A DNA stretch of 64,000 nt from positions 647,646-711,645 of the forward strand of contig CAZUKA010000001.1 in assembly GCA_964620905.1 (NCBI GenBank), read 5' to 3'. The first letter of the stretch is position 1; the number at the start of each line of letters is the position of its first letter. This document shows positions 46,935-56,850 of this stretch, piece after piece. A model generated the notes under the pieces. That model made no database searches, was not told the DNA's origin, and saw nothing but the letters and a program-made list of their open reading frames with translations. The position numbers and the translations under genes were made by a program. Origin of the DNA: an uncultured Gammaproteobacteria bacterium. Lineage in GTDB: Bacteria; Patescibacteriota; Patescibacteriia; S139-126.

Positions 46935-46950
46935 TGTTCCACGTGGAACA
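46935..46950. promoter_or_regulatory. parS: parS site 1
   Basis: TGTTCCACGTGGAACA, a perfect palindrome matching the chromosomal parS consensus, about 3.5 kb from dnaA. Confidence 0.88.
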
Positions 46951-46953
46951 ATT

Positions 46954-48078
46954 ATGAAACAACTATTTAGAAAAATTAGAAAAAGTCATTATTCCTACCA
47001 AAACTTGATTGAAATCAATATTTTTAAAAGTAGTTTATTAAAAAATATTGAATATTTTTCTAAACTCACTGGTTTAAAAATTGCCCCTGTTTTAAAAAGT
47101 AATGCCTATGGGCACGGTTTAATTGGAACAGCAAAAGCAATAGACCACCTACAATTACCATTTTTCGTGGTTGATAGTTATTATGAAGCATTAATTTTGA
47201 AAAATGAAAATATAAAAAACACAATTCTTATTGCTGGATTTACTCATATTGAAAATATTACAAAATCCAACTTAAAAAACATCATTTATACCATTAGTTC
47301 AGTAGATCAAGTAGAAAAACTTGAAAAATTACAAAAACGAAAAGTTTTAGTAGCTCTAAAGTTTAATACCGGTATGAATAGACAAGGAATAAAGGTGAGT
47401 GACGCTGCTTATGTATTGAAGAAATTAATTAAACACAAAAATATAATAATTCACAGTATTTATTCACATTTAGCTGATCCTGAAAATGAAAACTTCTTGA
47501 ATAGCCAATTGGAGCAATGGCGGAAGTTATATGAAATTGTTGAATATCAACAAAAACCAAGACCGCTTTTTCACCTTGCTGCTACCAGTAGTTCATATCA
47601 TACAAATAAATTCAAATCAGATATTTTAAGACTTGGTATTGGTTTATTTGGTCTACATCCAATTTTAAAAGATCAAGAAAACCTTACCCCGAGCTTGGAG
47701 ATGTTTAGTTTATTAACAGAAGTAAAAAATGTTAAAAAAGGCGAGTATATTGGTTATAATGGCACTTATATCACCCAAGAAGACATAAAAGTTGGTATTG
47801 TACCAGCAGGGTATTATGAAGGAATAGATTTAAGGCTTTCCAACAAAGGATTTTTGTATTATCAGGACAAACCTTGCCAAATCTTAGGAAGAATAAGCAT
47901 GAATATGTCAGTAATCAACCTTAGTAACATTAATGCAAAAATAGGTGATAAAATTGAGATAATAAGTAAAGATATGCAAAAATTAAACTCTTTTTATCAA
48001 ATAGCGAAAAATTTTAAAATTATCCCCTATGAACTGATGGTAAAAATACCAAGCTCTATTAAAAGAAATTACATTTAG
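46954..48078 (+). CDS. alr: Alanine racemase
   Basis: APVLKSNAYGHG, NTGMNRQG, YSHL, GYYEG, GRISMN. Confidence 0.92.
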   Translation: MKQLFRKIRKSHYSYQNLIEINIFKSSLLKNIEYFSKLTGLKIAPVLKSNAYGHGLIGTAKAIDHLQLPFFVVDSYYEALILKNENIKNTILIAGFTHIENITKSNLKNIIYTISSVDQVEKLEKLQKRKVLVALKFNTGMNRQGIKVSDAAYVLKKLIKHKNIIIHSIYSHLADPENENFLNSQLEQWRKLYEIVEYQQKPRPLFHLAATSSSYHTNKFKSDILRLGIGLFGLHPILKDQENLTPSLEMFSLLTEVKNVKKGEYIGYNGTYITQEDIKVGIVPAGYYEGIDLRLSNKGFLYYQDKPCQILGRISMNMSVINLSNINAKIGDKIEIISKDMQKLNSFYQIAKNFKIIPYELMVKIPSSIKRNYI

Positions 48079-48083
48079 TAAAT

Positions 48084-48099
48084 TGTTCCACGTGGAACA
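48084..48099. promoter_or_regulatory. parS: parS site 2
   Basis: TGTTCCACGTGGAACA (palindrome extends over 48081-48102). Confidence 0.88.
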
Positions 48100-48153
48100 A
48101 TTGCAAAGTTTTGACAATATTTAATTGCAAAGTATAATTAATTCTGTGAATTT

Positions 48154-48230
<77 letters not shown>

Positions 48231-48255
48231 TAAAATATAAGCAATAAAGATTTGT

Positions 48256-48678
48256 ATGAATGCCAGCTACCAGTGTTTTCCTGTTGGTATAAACATATTT
48301 GTTAATATAAATAGTAAATTACTTTTGGGTAAAAGAAAAGATGTTTTTGGTGCAGGTAATTGGGGTTTACCAGGTGGTCATCTTGAAAAAGGAGAATCAA
48401 TTATTGAAGCCGCCGCTAGAGAATTAAGAGAGGAAACTGGATTACAGGCAAAAAGATTTGATTTTTCAAATCTTGTTAATGACCGAAGCGGGACACAACA
48501 CTATTTACAGATTGGATTGGAAGCTTTTGAGGTAGAGGGGGAACTAATTCTAAAAGAACCAAACAAGTGTTCTGAATGGGAGTGGTTTGATGTAAATAAA
48601 TTGCCTCAAAATTTATTTATACCTCATATTAAACAAATTCATAATTACTTAAAGAAAAATAAATTTTTTGATATTTAA
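48256..48678 (+). CDS. Nudix hydrolase (NUDT15/YcdG-like)
   Basis: GGHLEKGESIIEAAARELREETG, EPNKC..WEWF. Confidence 0.9.
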   Translation: MNASYQCFPVGINIFVNINSKLLLGKRKDVFGAGNWGLPGGHLEKGESIIEAAARELREETGLQAKRFDFSNLVNDRSGTQHYLQIGLEAFEVEGELILKEPNKCSEWEWFDVNKLPQNLFIPHIKQIHNYLKKNKFFDI

Positions 48679-48826
48679 ATTACTTTGTTTGAGTTTAAAA
48701 ATAAAATAATTTATTTTATACACTTGCTAAATAATAAATAAAAGACTAAAATAAACACGATAAGATCAGGGGTCCGCCCCTGATTTTGTCTTTTTAGTTA
48801 CTAAATTAAAATTAAATATTGTATTT

Positions 48827-48842
48827 TGTTCCACGTGGAACA
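48827..48842. promoter_or_regulatory. parS: parS site 3
   Basis: TGTTCCACGTGGAACA (palindrome extends over 48822-48847). Confidence 0.88.
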
Positions 48843-48906
48843 AAATATTAAGTGTCGTAAAATATTAAACATTATTTTGTTTTTCATGATAAGATAAGAT
48901 AGTTCT

Positions 48907-49881
48907 ATGATTTATATTATTTTTATAATTTTGATTGTTTTATCTGGATTTTTTTCAGCAGCGGAAATTGCTTTGTTTTCCCTAACTGACGCCCAAGTTA
49001 GATTACTTTTGGAAAAAAAACAAAAACATTCACGTTTGATTGCCAAATTGAAAAAACGACCTCAAATTACTTTAATTACAATTTTAGTTGGGAATAATGT
49101 TGTTAATGTTTTTACAGCATCTTTAGCAACTTATATATCTTTGAAATTTTTTGGTAGTTTAGGAATTGGTATTGCTACTGGAATTGTCACCTTATTTATC
49201 TTGATTTTTGGTGAAATAGTACCCAAGTCATTTGGTCAAAAAAACAATATAAAAATTTCACAGATTTTATCGCCCTTACTTTATTTTTTTACGATTATTT
49301 TTTTTCCTTTAGCTTGGTTATTACGCGAGTTTAATTTTACAATTTTAAGAATTTTTAAGACCAAGGAAAATAAATTTTTGACCGAAGAAGAGATAAGATC
49401 GTTATCACGATTGGGGCTAGAAAGTGGTCATATTGATTTTCACGAGCACGAGTATATTGAAAAAATTTTTTCCTTGAATGATATCATTGTAAAAAATATC
49501 ATGACCCCCAAATATAAAATTGTTTTTCTCAATGGTGAAGTGCCAATTGATAGTATTGCTTATTTTGTGGCTCAAGCCGGTTATTCGCGTTTCCCGGTTT
49601 ATCTGGATAGTGAAAATAAAGTCATTGGTTATGTTCATGTTCATGATATTATGAAAATATTAAATAGCGATGATCGTGAACAACCGTTGGTAAAAATTGT
49701 TCGACCGATTCCTCATTTTTTTGAAAGTGAAACCTTGGAGGTTGTTTTGAAAAAAATGATAAAAAGAAGAGAGCATATTGCTTTGGTAAAAAGAAAATCC
49801 ACACTGGAAATTATAGGCTTGGTGTCTTTGGAAGACGTGTTGGAGCATTTGGTCGGGGAGATTGAGGATGAAGCTGACTAG
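48907..49881 (+). CDS. CNNM/CBS-domain (HlyC/CorC family) membrane protein
   Basis: SGFFSAAEIA, ILVGNNVVN, FGEIVPK, YSRFPV, LEDVLE. Confidence 0.9.
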   Translation: MIYIIFIILIVLSGFFSAAEIALFSLTDAQVRLLLEKKQKHSRLIAKLKKRPQITLITILVGNNVVNVFTASLATYISLKFFGSLGIGIATGIVTLFILIFGEIVPKSFGQKNNIKISQILSPLLYFFTIIFFPLAWLLREFNFTILRIFKTKENKFLTEEEIRSLSRLGLESGHIDFHEHEYIEKIFSLNDIIVKNIMTPKYKIVFLNGEVPIDSIAYFVAQAGYSRFPVYLDSENKVIGYVHVHDIMKILNSDDREQPLVKIVRPIPHFFESETLEVVLKKMIKRREHIALVKRKSTLEIIGLVSLEDVLEHLVGEIEDEAD

Positions 49882-49887
49882 TTATAC

Positions 49888-49926
49888 TTGACAAATTTAT
49901 TAATTACTATATACTAGTATATAGTA
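49888..49926 (+). promoter_or_regulatory. Promoter with an overlapping 22-bp palindromic operator
   Basis: TTGACA-16 bp-TATACT; TACTATATACTAGTATATAGTA at 49905-49926. Confidence 0.7.
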
Positions 49927-49927
49927 T

Positions 49928-50188
49928 ATGCAAAAAACCTGTGATAAAAACTATATTTGCCACAGCTTGCGTAGAATTTTAGGGCAGATGCAAGGTGTGG
50001 AAAAAATGATCAATGAAGATCGTGACGTAGCTGAAGTATTACAACAATTGGCGGCGGCTAGTTCTGGATTAAGGGCAGTGGCCAAGCTGGTATTGGTAAA
50101 TTATGCCAATGGTTGCTTTAATGCTGGTAAAAAATTTTCCCAGAAAGATTTGGAAAAATTAATAAATCAAATGTTTAAAAATTTATAA
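49928..50188 (+). CDS. CsoR/RcnR/FrmR-family transcriptional repressor
   Basis: LRRILGQMQGVEKMI, VLQQLAA. Confidence 0.88.
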   Translation: MQKTCDKNYICHSLRRILGQMQGVEKMINEDRDVAEVLQQLAAASSGLRAVAKLVLVNYANGCFNAGKKFSQKDLEKLINQMFKNL

Positions 50189-50201
50189 TTAAATAAAATT
50201 T

Positions 50202-50522
50202 ATGTCCGAAGTATTATTGACCGATCAAAATTTCGAGCAAGAAGTATTACAATCACCGCAAGCGGTCTTGGTTGATTTTTGGGCGCCGTGGTGTGGACCA
50301 TGTCGTATTGTCGGACCGATTGTTGAACAAATTGCCCAGGAGTATAGTGGTAAAGCAAAAGTCGGCAAACTGAATGTAGATGAAAATCCACTAACCGCAC
50401 AAAAGTACGGGATTATGAGCATTCCGTCTTTACTAATTTTTAAAAATGGTCAAGTGGTTGATCAAATGATTGGCGCTCATCCCAAAGAGACAATTGCTGG
50501 TAAATTGGATCAGGCAATTTAA
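50202..50522 (+). CDS. trxA: Thioredoxin
   Basis: WAPWCGPC. Confidence 0.97.
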   Translation: MSEVLLTDQNFEQEVLQSPQAVLVDFWAPWCGPCRIVGPIVEQIAQEYSGKAKVGKLNVDENPLTAQKYGIMSIPSLLIFKNGQVVDQMIGAHPKETIAGKLDQAI

Positions 50523-50543
50523 ATAAATTTATTGGAAAAAAAT

Positions 50544-51521
50544 ATGGAAAACAATTCTCAAATGCCAGAATATTTTGATGTAGTTATTATTGGCGCGGGA
50601 GCGGCTGGTTTGACGGCGGCTATTTATACTTCACGTCGGGCCTTGAAGACTTTGATAATTTCCAAAGACGTTGGAGGTCAAGCGGCTTTGACTACCGAAA
50701 TTGAAAATTATCCCGGAGTCGGTTTGGTTGATGGTTTTGATTTGATGAACCGTTTTTTAAATGATGCCAAAAAATTTGGTGCCGTTGTTAAATCAGAAGA
50801 AGCTAGAAAGATTGAAACAAACAATGATGATTTTTTAGTCACCACCACCAGCCAAGTTTATAAGGCCGCCTCTGTTATTTTGGCTTTTGGTTTAACGCCG
50901 CGTGATTTGGGTGTACCAGGTGAAGAGGAACTAAAAGGTAAGGGTGTTTCTTATTGTGCTACTTGTGATGGACCGTTGTTTAAACAAAAAACCGTGGCGG
51001 TAATTGGCGGCGGTAACAGTGCACTTGATGCGGCTGAATATATTTCTCGTTTGGCTAGTAAGGTTTATTTAATTCATCGTCGCGATCAGTTTAGGGGTGA
51101 TGAAATATTAGTCAGTCGTGTACAGCGGATAGACAATATTGAAATAATGTTGAACACTAATATAGCCGCCATCAAGGGTAGCAATAAGGTGGAATCGATT
51201 GATTTGATTGATGTTAACAATCAGCCGTTACAAAATTTAACTGTGGATGGAGTCTTTGTGGAAATTGGACACGTAGCAAAAACTGCTTGGGTAGACGACT
51301 TGGTAGAGTATGACGATCATAAGCAGATTAGAGTAAACAAGAATTGTGAAACAAAAACTCCCGGCTTGTTTGCTGCCGGTGATGTAACTGACATTGCTTA
51401 TAAGCAGATAATTATTTCTGGTGGTGAAGGTGCCAAAGCCGCTTTGCAGGCTTATAAATATTTACAAGCAACCAAAGGTATTAAAGGAACAAATATTGAC
51501 TGGGGGGTAGCTAAAAAATAA
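50544..51521 (+). CDS. trxB: Thioredoxin reductase
   Basis: GAGAAG, ENYPG, SYCATCDG, GGGNSA, FAAGD. Confidence 0.95.
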   Translation: MENNSQMPEYFDVVIIGAGAAGLTAAIYTSRRALKTLIISKDVGGQAALTTEIENYPGVGLVDGFDLMNRFLNDAKKFGAVVKSEEARKIETNNDDFLVTTTSQVYKAASVILAFGLTPRDLGVPGEEELKGKGVSYCATCDGPLFKQKTVAVIGGGNSALDAAEYISRLASKVYLIHRRDQFRGDEILVSRVQRIDNIEIMLNTNIAAIKGSNKVESIDLIDVNNQPLQNLTVDGVFVEIGHVAKTAWVDDLVEYDDHKQIRVNKNCETKTPGLFAAGDVTDIAYKQIIISGGEGAKAALQAYKYLQATKGIKGTNIDWGVAKK

Positions 51522-51531
51522 CTAGAAAAAA

Positions 51532-52797
51532 ATGGCCAATTTATTTAAAAATGCATTACAACAACTAGAAAATATTGAAGATTATTTAACCATATCTCAA
51601 AGCGTGAAGGAACAATTAAAACAGCCACAGCGCATTTTGGAAGCAGCTATTCCAGTTTTACTGGACAATGGTGAGATCAAAGTGTTTACTGGGTTTAGGG
51701 TACAATATAACAACGCTCGCGGTCCATTTAAGGGCGGTATAAGGTTTCATCCCCAGACAGATTTAAATGAAGTAAAGGCTTTGTCTTTTTGGATGTCTAT
51801 TAAAACAGCTGTAGTTAATATTCCATTGGGTGGAGCTAAAGGTGGGGTGATAGTTGATCCAAAAAAACTTTCTCGCGCTGAACTAGAAAGACTGTCACGC
51901 GGTTATTTGCGTGCCTTTCATGATTTTATTGGTCCAGAAATTGACATTCCAGCTCCAGATGTAAATACCAATCCACAGATTATGGCCTGGTTAGCTGACG
52001 AGTATGAGCAGTTGCACGGACCTGGTAAATTGGGAGTGGTAACTGGCAAACCATTGGAATTAGGAGGTTCTTTGGGAAGAACCGAAGCTACCGGAGAAGG
52101 TGGATCATACATTTTGGAGGCCTTAGCTAACAAAATAAAATTGATTCCTAAACAAACGACCGTAGCTATACAGGGTTTTGGGAACGTTGGTTATTATCTA
52201 GCAAAATTTTTACATCAAGCAGGCTATCGAGTAGTAGCTGTGTCTGATTCGCAAGGTGGAATATTTGATAAAAAAATGAAAGGCATGGATCCTGATCATT
52301 TACAAAAGCAAAAAATGGAAAAAGGTTTTTTTGATGGCTGTTATTGTGTGGGTAGCGTTTGTGATTGTGATCATTATTCCTCTATTGATCGACAAAAAAT
52401 ATTGGAATTACCAGTTGATATAGTAGTACCGGCGGCATTGGAAAATGCTATTAATGAAAAAAATGTAAGTCGGATAAAAGCCAAAATTATTTTAGAAATG
52501 GCCAATGGTGGTATAGTCCCAGTAGCTGAGAAAAAGTTATTGAAAAAGAAAAAAATAATAATCCCAGACGTGCTCGCTAATGCCGGCGGGGTAGCCGTGT
52601 CTTATTTTGAGTGGCTACAAAACAAACAAAACTATTATTGGTCAGAACAAGAGGTTAAGGGAAAATTAGCTAAATTGATGAAAGAAGCTTTTTTAGCGGT
52701 TTGGCAAATTCACGATCAAAAAAGAATTGATTTTAGACAAGCTGCTTTTGTTTTGGCAGTACAAAGAATTGTTGACAGTATGAAAATCAGGAAATGA
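51532..52797 (+). CDS. gdhA: Glu/Leu/Phe/Val dehydrogenase (glutamate dehydrogenase)
   Basis: KGGIRF, GGAKGG, DIPAPD, QGFGNVG, NAGGVAVSYFEW. Confidence 0.9.
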   Translation: MANLFKNALQQLENIEDYLTISQSVKEQLKQPQRILEAAIPVLLDNGEIKVFTGFRVQYNNARGPFKGGIRFHPQTDLNEVKALSFWMSIKTAVVNIPLGGAKGGVIVDPKKLSRAELERLSRGYLRAFHDFIGPEIDIPAPDVNTNPQIMAWLADEYEQLHGPGKLGVVTGKPLELGGSLGRTEATGEGGSYILEALANKIKLIPKQTTVAIQGFGNVGYYLAKFLHQAGYRVVAVSDSQGGIFDKKMKGMDPDHLQKQKMEKGFFDGCYCVGSVCDCDHYSSIDRQKILELPVDIVVPAALENAINEKNVSRIKAKIILEMANGGIVPVAEKKLLKKKKIIIPDVLANAGGVAVSYFEWLQNKQNYYWSEQEVKGKLAKLMKEAFLAVWQIHDQKRIDFRQAAFVLAVQRIVDSMKIRK

Positions 52798-52816
52798 TTA
52801 ATCAAAAAAATGAAAA

Positions 52817-52841
52817 TCCGCCCCGATCGGGCGGTTTTTTT
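52817..52841 (+). terminator. Intrinsic terminator
   Basis: CCGCCC-CGATC-GGGCGG plus T tract. Confidence 0.75.
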
Positions 52842-53359
52842 AAAAACAAAAAACAGGGCTAGAGTGCATTTTTATTCCCCATGCTTGTTGCCCTGCTTTT
52901 TGTTCAAACTCTTATGACTACTTGCTCTGGCTCATGCCAAACCAAAGACATTTAGCCACAAGGGCTTGTTATTTTTTTATATTTGATGACGAACGTTGCC
53001 AATACCAAGGCATTTGTTGATAAGAACCTTTTTGTTTCCAGGAAAAATATTGATTCATAGGCCCAGTAGTTTTAGTTTTTTTCATTTGCAGGCGAAAGGA
53101 CCTAAGGTGTTGTTTTATTTGTCGTCGCCAGACAAACAGCAATTTAAAGTGTTTTTTAAATCTCATAAAAAAATATATTTCTCCACCTTTACTTTAAAAA
53201 GAGAAGAAACAAAGGTCAATAGAATTTTTTTATTTAATTTTAGCTAAAAAAACGTAAAGTCCAGTTATTTTCAGCTTGTACACCATTATCTTTATTTTTT
53301 GCATAAGTTATTATTAATTTATTGAGAGGTTATGAACAATTTATTGACAAAACTAATGT

Positions 53360-53977
53360 ATGAATTTAAGTTATGAAAAAAAATTAAAACCAAAAGGTTA
53401 TTTTAGAATTGCTGGTTTAGACGAAGCGGGACGGGGGTCTTTGGCTGGACCGTTGGTGGCTGGTTGCGTTATGGTTGATAATAGGTTTAGTTTTCGATCA
53501 AAAAAACTTTCTGATATATCTATGGTTGATGATTCAAAAAAACTTTCCCCTGCCATCAGACAAAAATTATTTAGTTTGATAAGCAAAAATTTTGTTTGGT
53601 CAGTTGGTATAGTAACAGTTGTAGAAATAAACCGTCTAGGTATCAATCAGGCCAATCGTTTGGCTATGTTTAGAGCTTATTGCCGTCTTAAGAGAAAAGC
53701 GGATTTTGTTTTGATTGATTTTCTGCCAAATTTGAATTTACCAGTGCCTCATAAAAGCTACCCGCAAGCTGATGGCAGGTTTTTCGTAGTGGCGGCTGCT
53801 TCGATTGTGGCTAAAGTCTATCGTGATCAACTGATGATCAGGTTAGAAAAAGAAAACAGTTCATGGCATTTTAGTCAACATAAAGGTTATGGCACCAAAC
53901 TACATCAACAAGAAATAAAAAAATATGGTTTGTCTGCTCAGCACCGGTTAAGCTTTTGTAAAAATATATTGCTATGA
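53360..53977 (+). CDS. rnhB: Ribonuclease HII
   Basis: GLDEAGRGSLAGP, DSKKL, AASIVAKV.RD, HKGYGT. Confidence 0.95.
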   Translation: MNLSYEKKLKPKGYFRIAGLDEAGRGSLAGPLVAGCVMVDNRFSFRSKKLSDISMVDDSKKLSPAIRQKLFSLISKNFVWSVGIVTVVEINRLGINQANRLAMFRAYCRLKRKADFVLIDFLPNLNLPVPHKSYPQADGRFFVVAAASIVAKVYRDQLMIRLEKENSSWHFSQHKGYGTKLHQQEIKKYGLSAQHRLSFCKNILL

Positions 53978-54021
53978 ATATTTTCTTTTTTTTGTTAAAA
54001 TGAAGTTACTAAACATCATTT

Positions 54022-54576
54022 ATGAATACCGTTGCCACTGGTAAAAAATTATTAAATCCCCAGGAAATTTTACACCAAGCTGGTTTAGAAGCTGGGATGA
54101 AAGTTGCCGATTTGGGGTGTGGTAATGGTTATTTTTCTTTGACCGCGGCACAAATTGTGGGAGGGCACGGGCAAGTTTATGCGGTGGATATTATGAAATC
54201 TTGTCTGGAGACAGTTAAACGAGAGGCTGAGCGTCATCATTTGTTAAATATAAAAAACGTATGGTCAAATATAGAAATTTTTGGTGCCACCAAGGTACCC
54301 GCTGAACTGATTGATTATGTTTTAGTGGTTCATGCTCTCTATCAATCACAACAAAGACACAACTTTTTAAAAGAAGCTGTTCGTTTACTGAAAGTTGGTG
54401 GGAAATTGTTGATTATTGATTGGAAAAAAAACAATTCTCCTCTGGGACCACCATTAGAACAGAGGGTGAGCATAGAAGAGATAAAATCGCTTTTGACAGT
54501 TGTTGGTTCAATGAAATTAATCAGTCAATTTGATCCCGGACAGTTTCATTACGGTTTAATATATGAAAAAGCGTAA
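54022..54576 (+). CDS. Class I SAM-dependent methyltransferase
   Basis: VADLGCGNG, VYAVDI, IIDW, GPP. Confidence 0.9.
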   Translation: MNTVATGKKLLNPQEILHQAGLEAGMKVADLGCGNGYFSLTAAQIVGGHGQVYAVDIMKSCLETVKREAERHHLLNIKNVWSNIEIFGATKVPAELIDYVLVVHALYQSQQRHNFLKEAVRLLKVGGKLLIIDWKKNNSPLGPPLEQRVSIEEIKSLLTVVGSMKLISQFDPGQFHYGLIYEKA

Positions 54577-54586
54577 CTAATAAATT

Positions 54587-54988
54587 ATGAGTCAATATTT
54601 TAGTTTTGGTTATTGGTTTGATCTTTATCCTAATTCTTGGCAACAGGCAGGAAAGATTTTTATTTATTTAAATTTGTTTTTTTTGGTGGTTGGTCTGTTG
54701 ATAAAAATTTATTTCCTAATTAAAAGCATTAAAGGCGTTTGGCGCAAAACCGGACAGAAACTAAGTACATTATTTATTACTCTTTCAATTATAGGGATTG
54801 GCTATTGGTTTATGAGAGAACAACTGGTACCGTTTTTTTCTTCGCGCTTTTGGTTGCTGTTGTTGATCATTACTCTAAGCTTATGGCTTAGTTTAATTGT
54901 TAGATATTTTTTTAAGAAGTTACGTGAAGAAAAACAAAATTTGGAGCGCGCAGCCATTTATGGTAAATACTTACCCGGTCAAAAATGA
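54587..54988 (+). CDS. Hypothetical membrane protein
   Basis: 3 TMs, PFFSSRFW, C-terminal KYLP. Confidence 0.75.
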   Translation: MSQYFSFGYWFDLYPNSWQQAGKIFIYLNLFFLVVGLLIKIYFLIKSIKGVWRKTGQKLSTLFITLSIIGIGYWFMREQLVPFFSSRFWLLLLIITLSLWLSLIVRYFFKKLREEKQNLERAAIYGKYLPGQK

Positions 54989-55431
54989 TTAGTAACCAAT
55001 CCAATGATCATCAGCCCAGTTTTCACTTGGCTGATTTTTTGTCACCGGCCGATTTTGCTCAATTGAATTATCGTCAACAATTAGGTCTTTACGGTCAACA
55101 GGCTGCTAAGTTTTATCTCATGCAAAAAGGTTTTGAAATAATAGCGGAAAATTTTTATACCAGACAAGGGGAGATTGATTTAGTAGCCAGAAAAGATGGC
55201 AGGATAAGAATAGTTGAAGTCAAGACCAGAACCAACCGCAATTATGGTGAACCTTATGAAGCAGTACATAAATATAAATTTCAAGCACTAAATTTAAGTG
55301 CCGAGGTATTTATGCAAAGTAAGGGTTGGCTCTCGCAAATACCATATCAGATCGATATTTGTAGTATTTGGTTGGACAAAAAGGAACAAAAAGTAAAAAT
55401 TGTTTATTTAGAAAATGTTAGTTTGGAATAG
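54985..55431 (+). CDS. YraN-family (UPF0102) nuclease-fold protein
   Basis: GEIDLV, VEVKTR, EAV, IDI. Confidence 0.88.
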   Translation: MISNQSNDHQPSFHLADFLSPADFAQLNYRQQLGLYGQQAAKFYLMQKGFEIIAENFYTRQGEIDLVARKDGRIRIVEVKTRTNRNYGEPYEAVHKYKFQALNLSAEVFMQSKGWLSQIPYQIDICSIWLDKKEQKVKIVYLENVSLE

Positions 55432-55522
55432 AACTCACAGTTTTTCAACATTTTTTCTACTTGCCGTAGTATTTTAAAAAAATTACAATTCATAAATAAT
55501 TGTTAATTTTTCTCAATTGTTT

Positions 55523-56539
55523 ATGAAAAGAAATTATTTAATAATTTTCTTACCATTGTGGTTAGTTGGTCTGTTTTTTGTCGGCCATGAAGTTTTGGCC
55601 AAGGTGCCGACACCACAAATTTATAATGTTGTGCATTCAACTGACAATTCTTATCGTCCTTGGGTAATCGGTTGGACACCCAATGAAGTAGAGGTAGAGA
55701 TCCTGCTGGATGATGTTTCGCAGGGATTGGCGAAAGTAGTAAAAGACAAATCAGGAACCGCCAGTTTTGGTTGGTCACCTCAGTACGACTTACCTTTGGG
55801 TTGGCACGAATTTAGAGTGAGAGGTAAATACAATAACCAATATTCAGAACCCGGTGGAATTATTGGTTATCAAGTTAGTCCGCCAACACCAGCACCGACT
55901 TTATTTGAACCAGAAGATATGTCAGATTATATTTTAATTAAAGGACTGATTAAAAACGATTCCGTAGTGCAGATATATATTGATGATTTATTGGCAGCTG
56001 ATTTTTCTGTACCAAACCATCCTTCAGGCACCACTAATTTTTGGTTTAAAGCTCGGGGACTTTTAAATGGTGTTCATGAGGTCTATGCGGTGGCCATTGA
56101 TAATACAGGTAAACCAAGTAAAAAAAGTAAATTAATAAGTTTTAAAACCGAACAACAGAAAATAACTAGTGGTGAAAGTAGTGCAGAAATTACCTCACAA
56201 GTAAAAACAGATGATACAACAAGTACTGGAAGGGTGATTGATGAACCTTTACCAGGTAGTGTCAAAGTTAATGATTTTGAAACTGAGGGTGAGGTAAAAA
56301 TTGAAAATTTGCCTAGTGAGACGGAACGGATTATTAACATTGGTGAAAGTGCTACGACAGGAGAAATATCTAGTGTAAGTGAAGATTTAAGTGAAGATCT
56401 AATAACAACTACTAGTCAGGCAACAGAGCGGGAGACAGAGAATCGTTGGCGAGGGTTGGTATTGTTGGGTATAGTAACGATTATCTTGTATGCTTGGTAT
56501 TTTTACGAAATTAAAAAAGCCAAGCAGAAAAAAGAATAA
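55523..56539 (+). CDS. Surface protein with two Ig-like domains, a low-complexity stalk and a C-terminal TM anchor
   Basis: Signal peptide, repeated V.I..DD...SGT..F..G.HE pattern, S/T/E-rich linker, TM helix plus basic tail. Confidence 0.75.
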   Translation: MKRNYLIIFLPLWLVGLFFVGHEVLAKVPTPQIYNVVHSTDNSYRPWVIGWTPNEVEVEILLDDVSQGLAKVVKDKSGTASFGWSPQYDLPLGWHEFRVRGKYNNQYSEPGGIIGYQVSPPTPAPTLFEPEDMSDYILIKGLIKNDSVVQIYIDDLLAADFSVPNHPSGTTNFWFKARGLLNGVHEVYAVAIDNTGKPSKKSKLISFKTEQQKITSGESSAEITSQVKTDDTTSTGRVIDEPLPGSVKVNDFETEGEVKIENLPSETERIINIGESATTGEISSVSEDLSEDLITTTSQATERETENRWRGLVLLGIVTIILYAWYFYEIKKAKQKKE

Positions 56540-56544
56540 GATCA

Positions 56545-56572
56545 AAAAGCCCGCTGAACCAGCGGGTTTTTT
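56545..56572 (+). terminator. Intrinsic terminator
   Basis: AAAAGCCCGCTG-AAC-CAGCGGGTTTTTT. Confidence 0.75.
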
Positions 56573-56632
56573 GACAAAGTAGCTATTTTTTTGCTATCTT
56601 AATGAATAGTTTTAATAAATAAATTATTTTTT

Positions 56633-56839
56633 ATGAGTGTTCCTGCTAAAAGATTGTCGCGCAGTAAAGGGCGTCGCCGGCGATCACAACAAAGAAAAAA
56701 AACATTGATTTTTGGCAAGTGTAGTCAGTGTGGTCAGCCAATCCTGCCACACCGGGTTTGTGGTAATTGTGGTTATTATAAAGGAAAAGAAGTTACCAAA
56801 ATCAGTCTTTCTAAGTCTAAGACCAAAGCCAAGACCTAA
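56633..56839 (+). CDS. rpmF: 50S ribosomal protein L32
   Basis: MSVPAKRLSRSK, CSQCG...PHRVCGNCGYYKG. Confidence 0.96.
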   Translation: MSVPAKRLSRSKGRRRRSQQRKKTLIFGKCSQCGQPILPHRVCGNCGYYKGKEVTKISLSKSKTKAKT

Positions 56840-56850
56840 GTATAATATTT

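Noticed and set aside
53300-55470. Scattered DnaA-box-like 9-mers (TTATGAACA near 53330, TTTTCAACA near 55442)
   Set aside because: Two or more mismatches from TTATCCACA in very AT-rich DNA; not distinguishable from chance by eye
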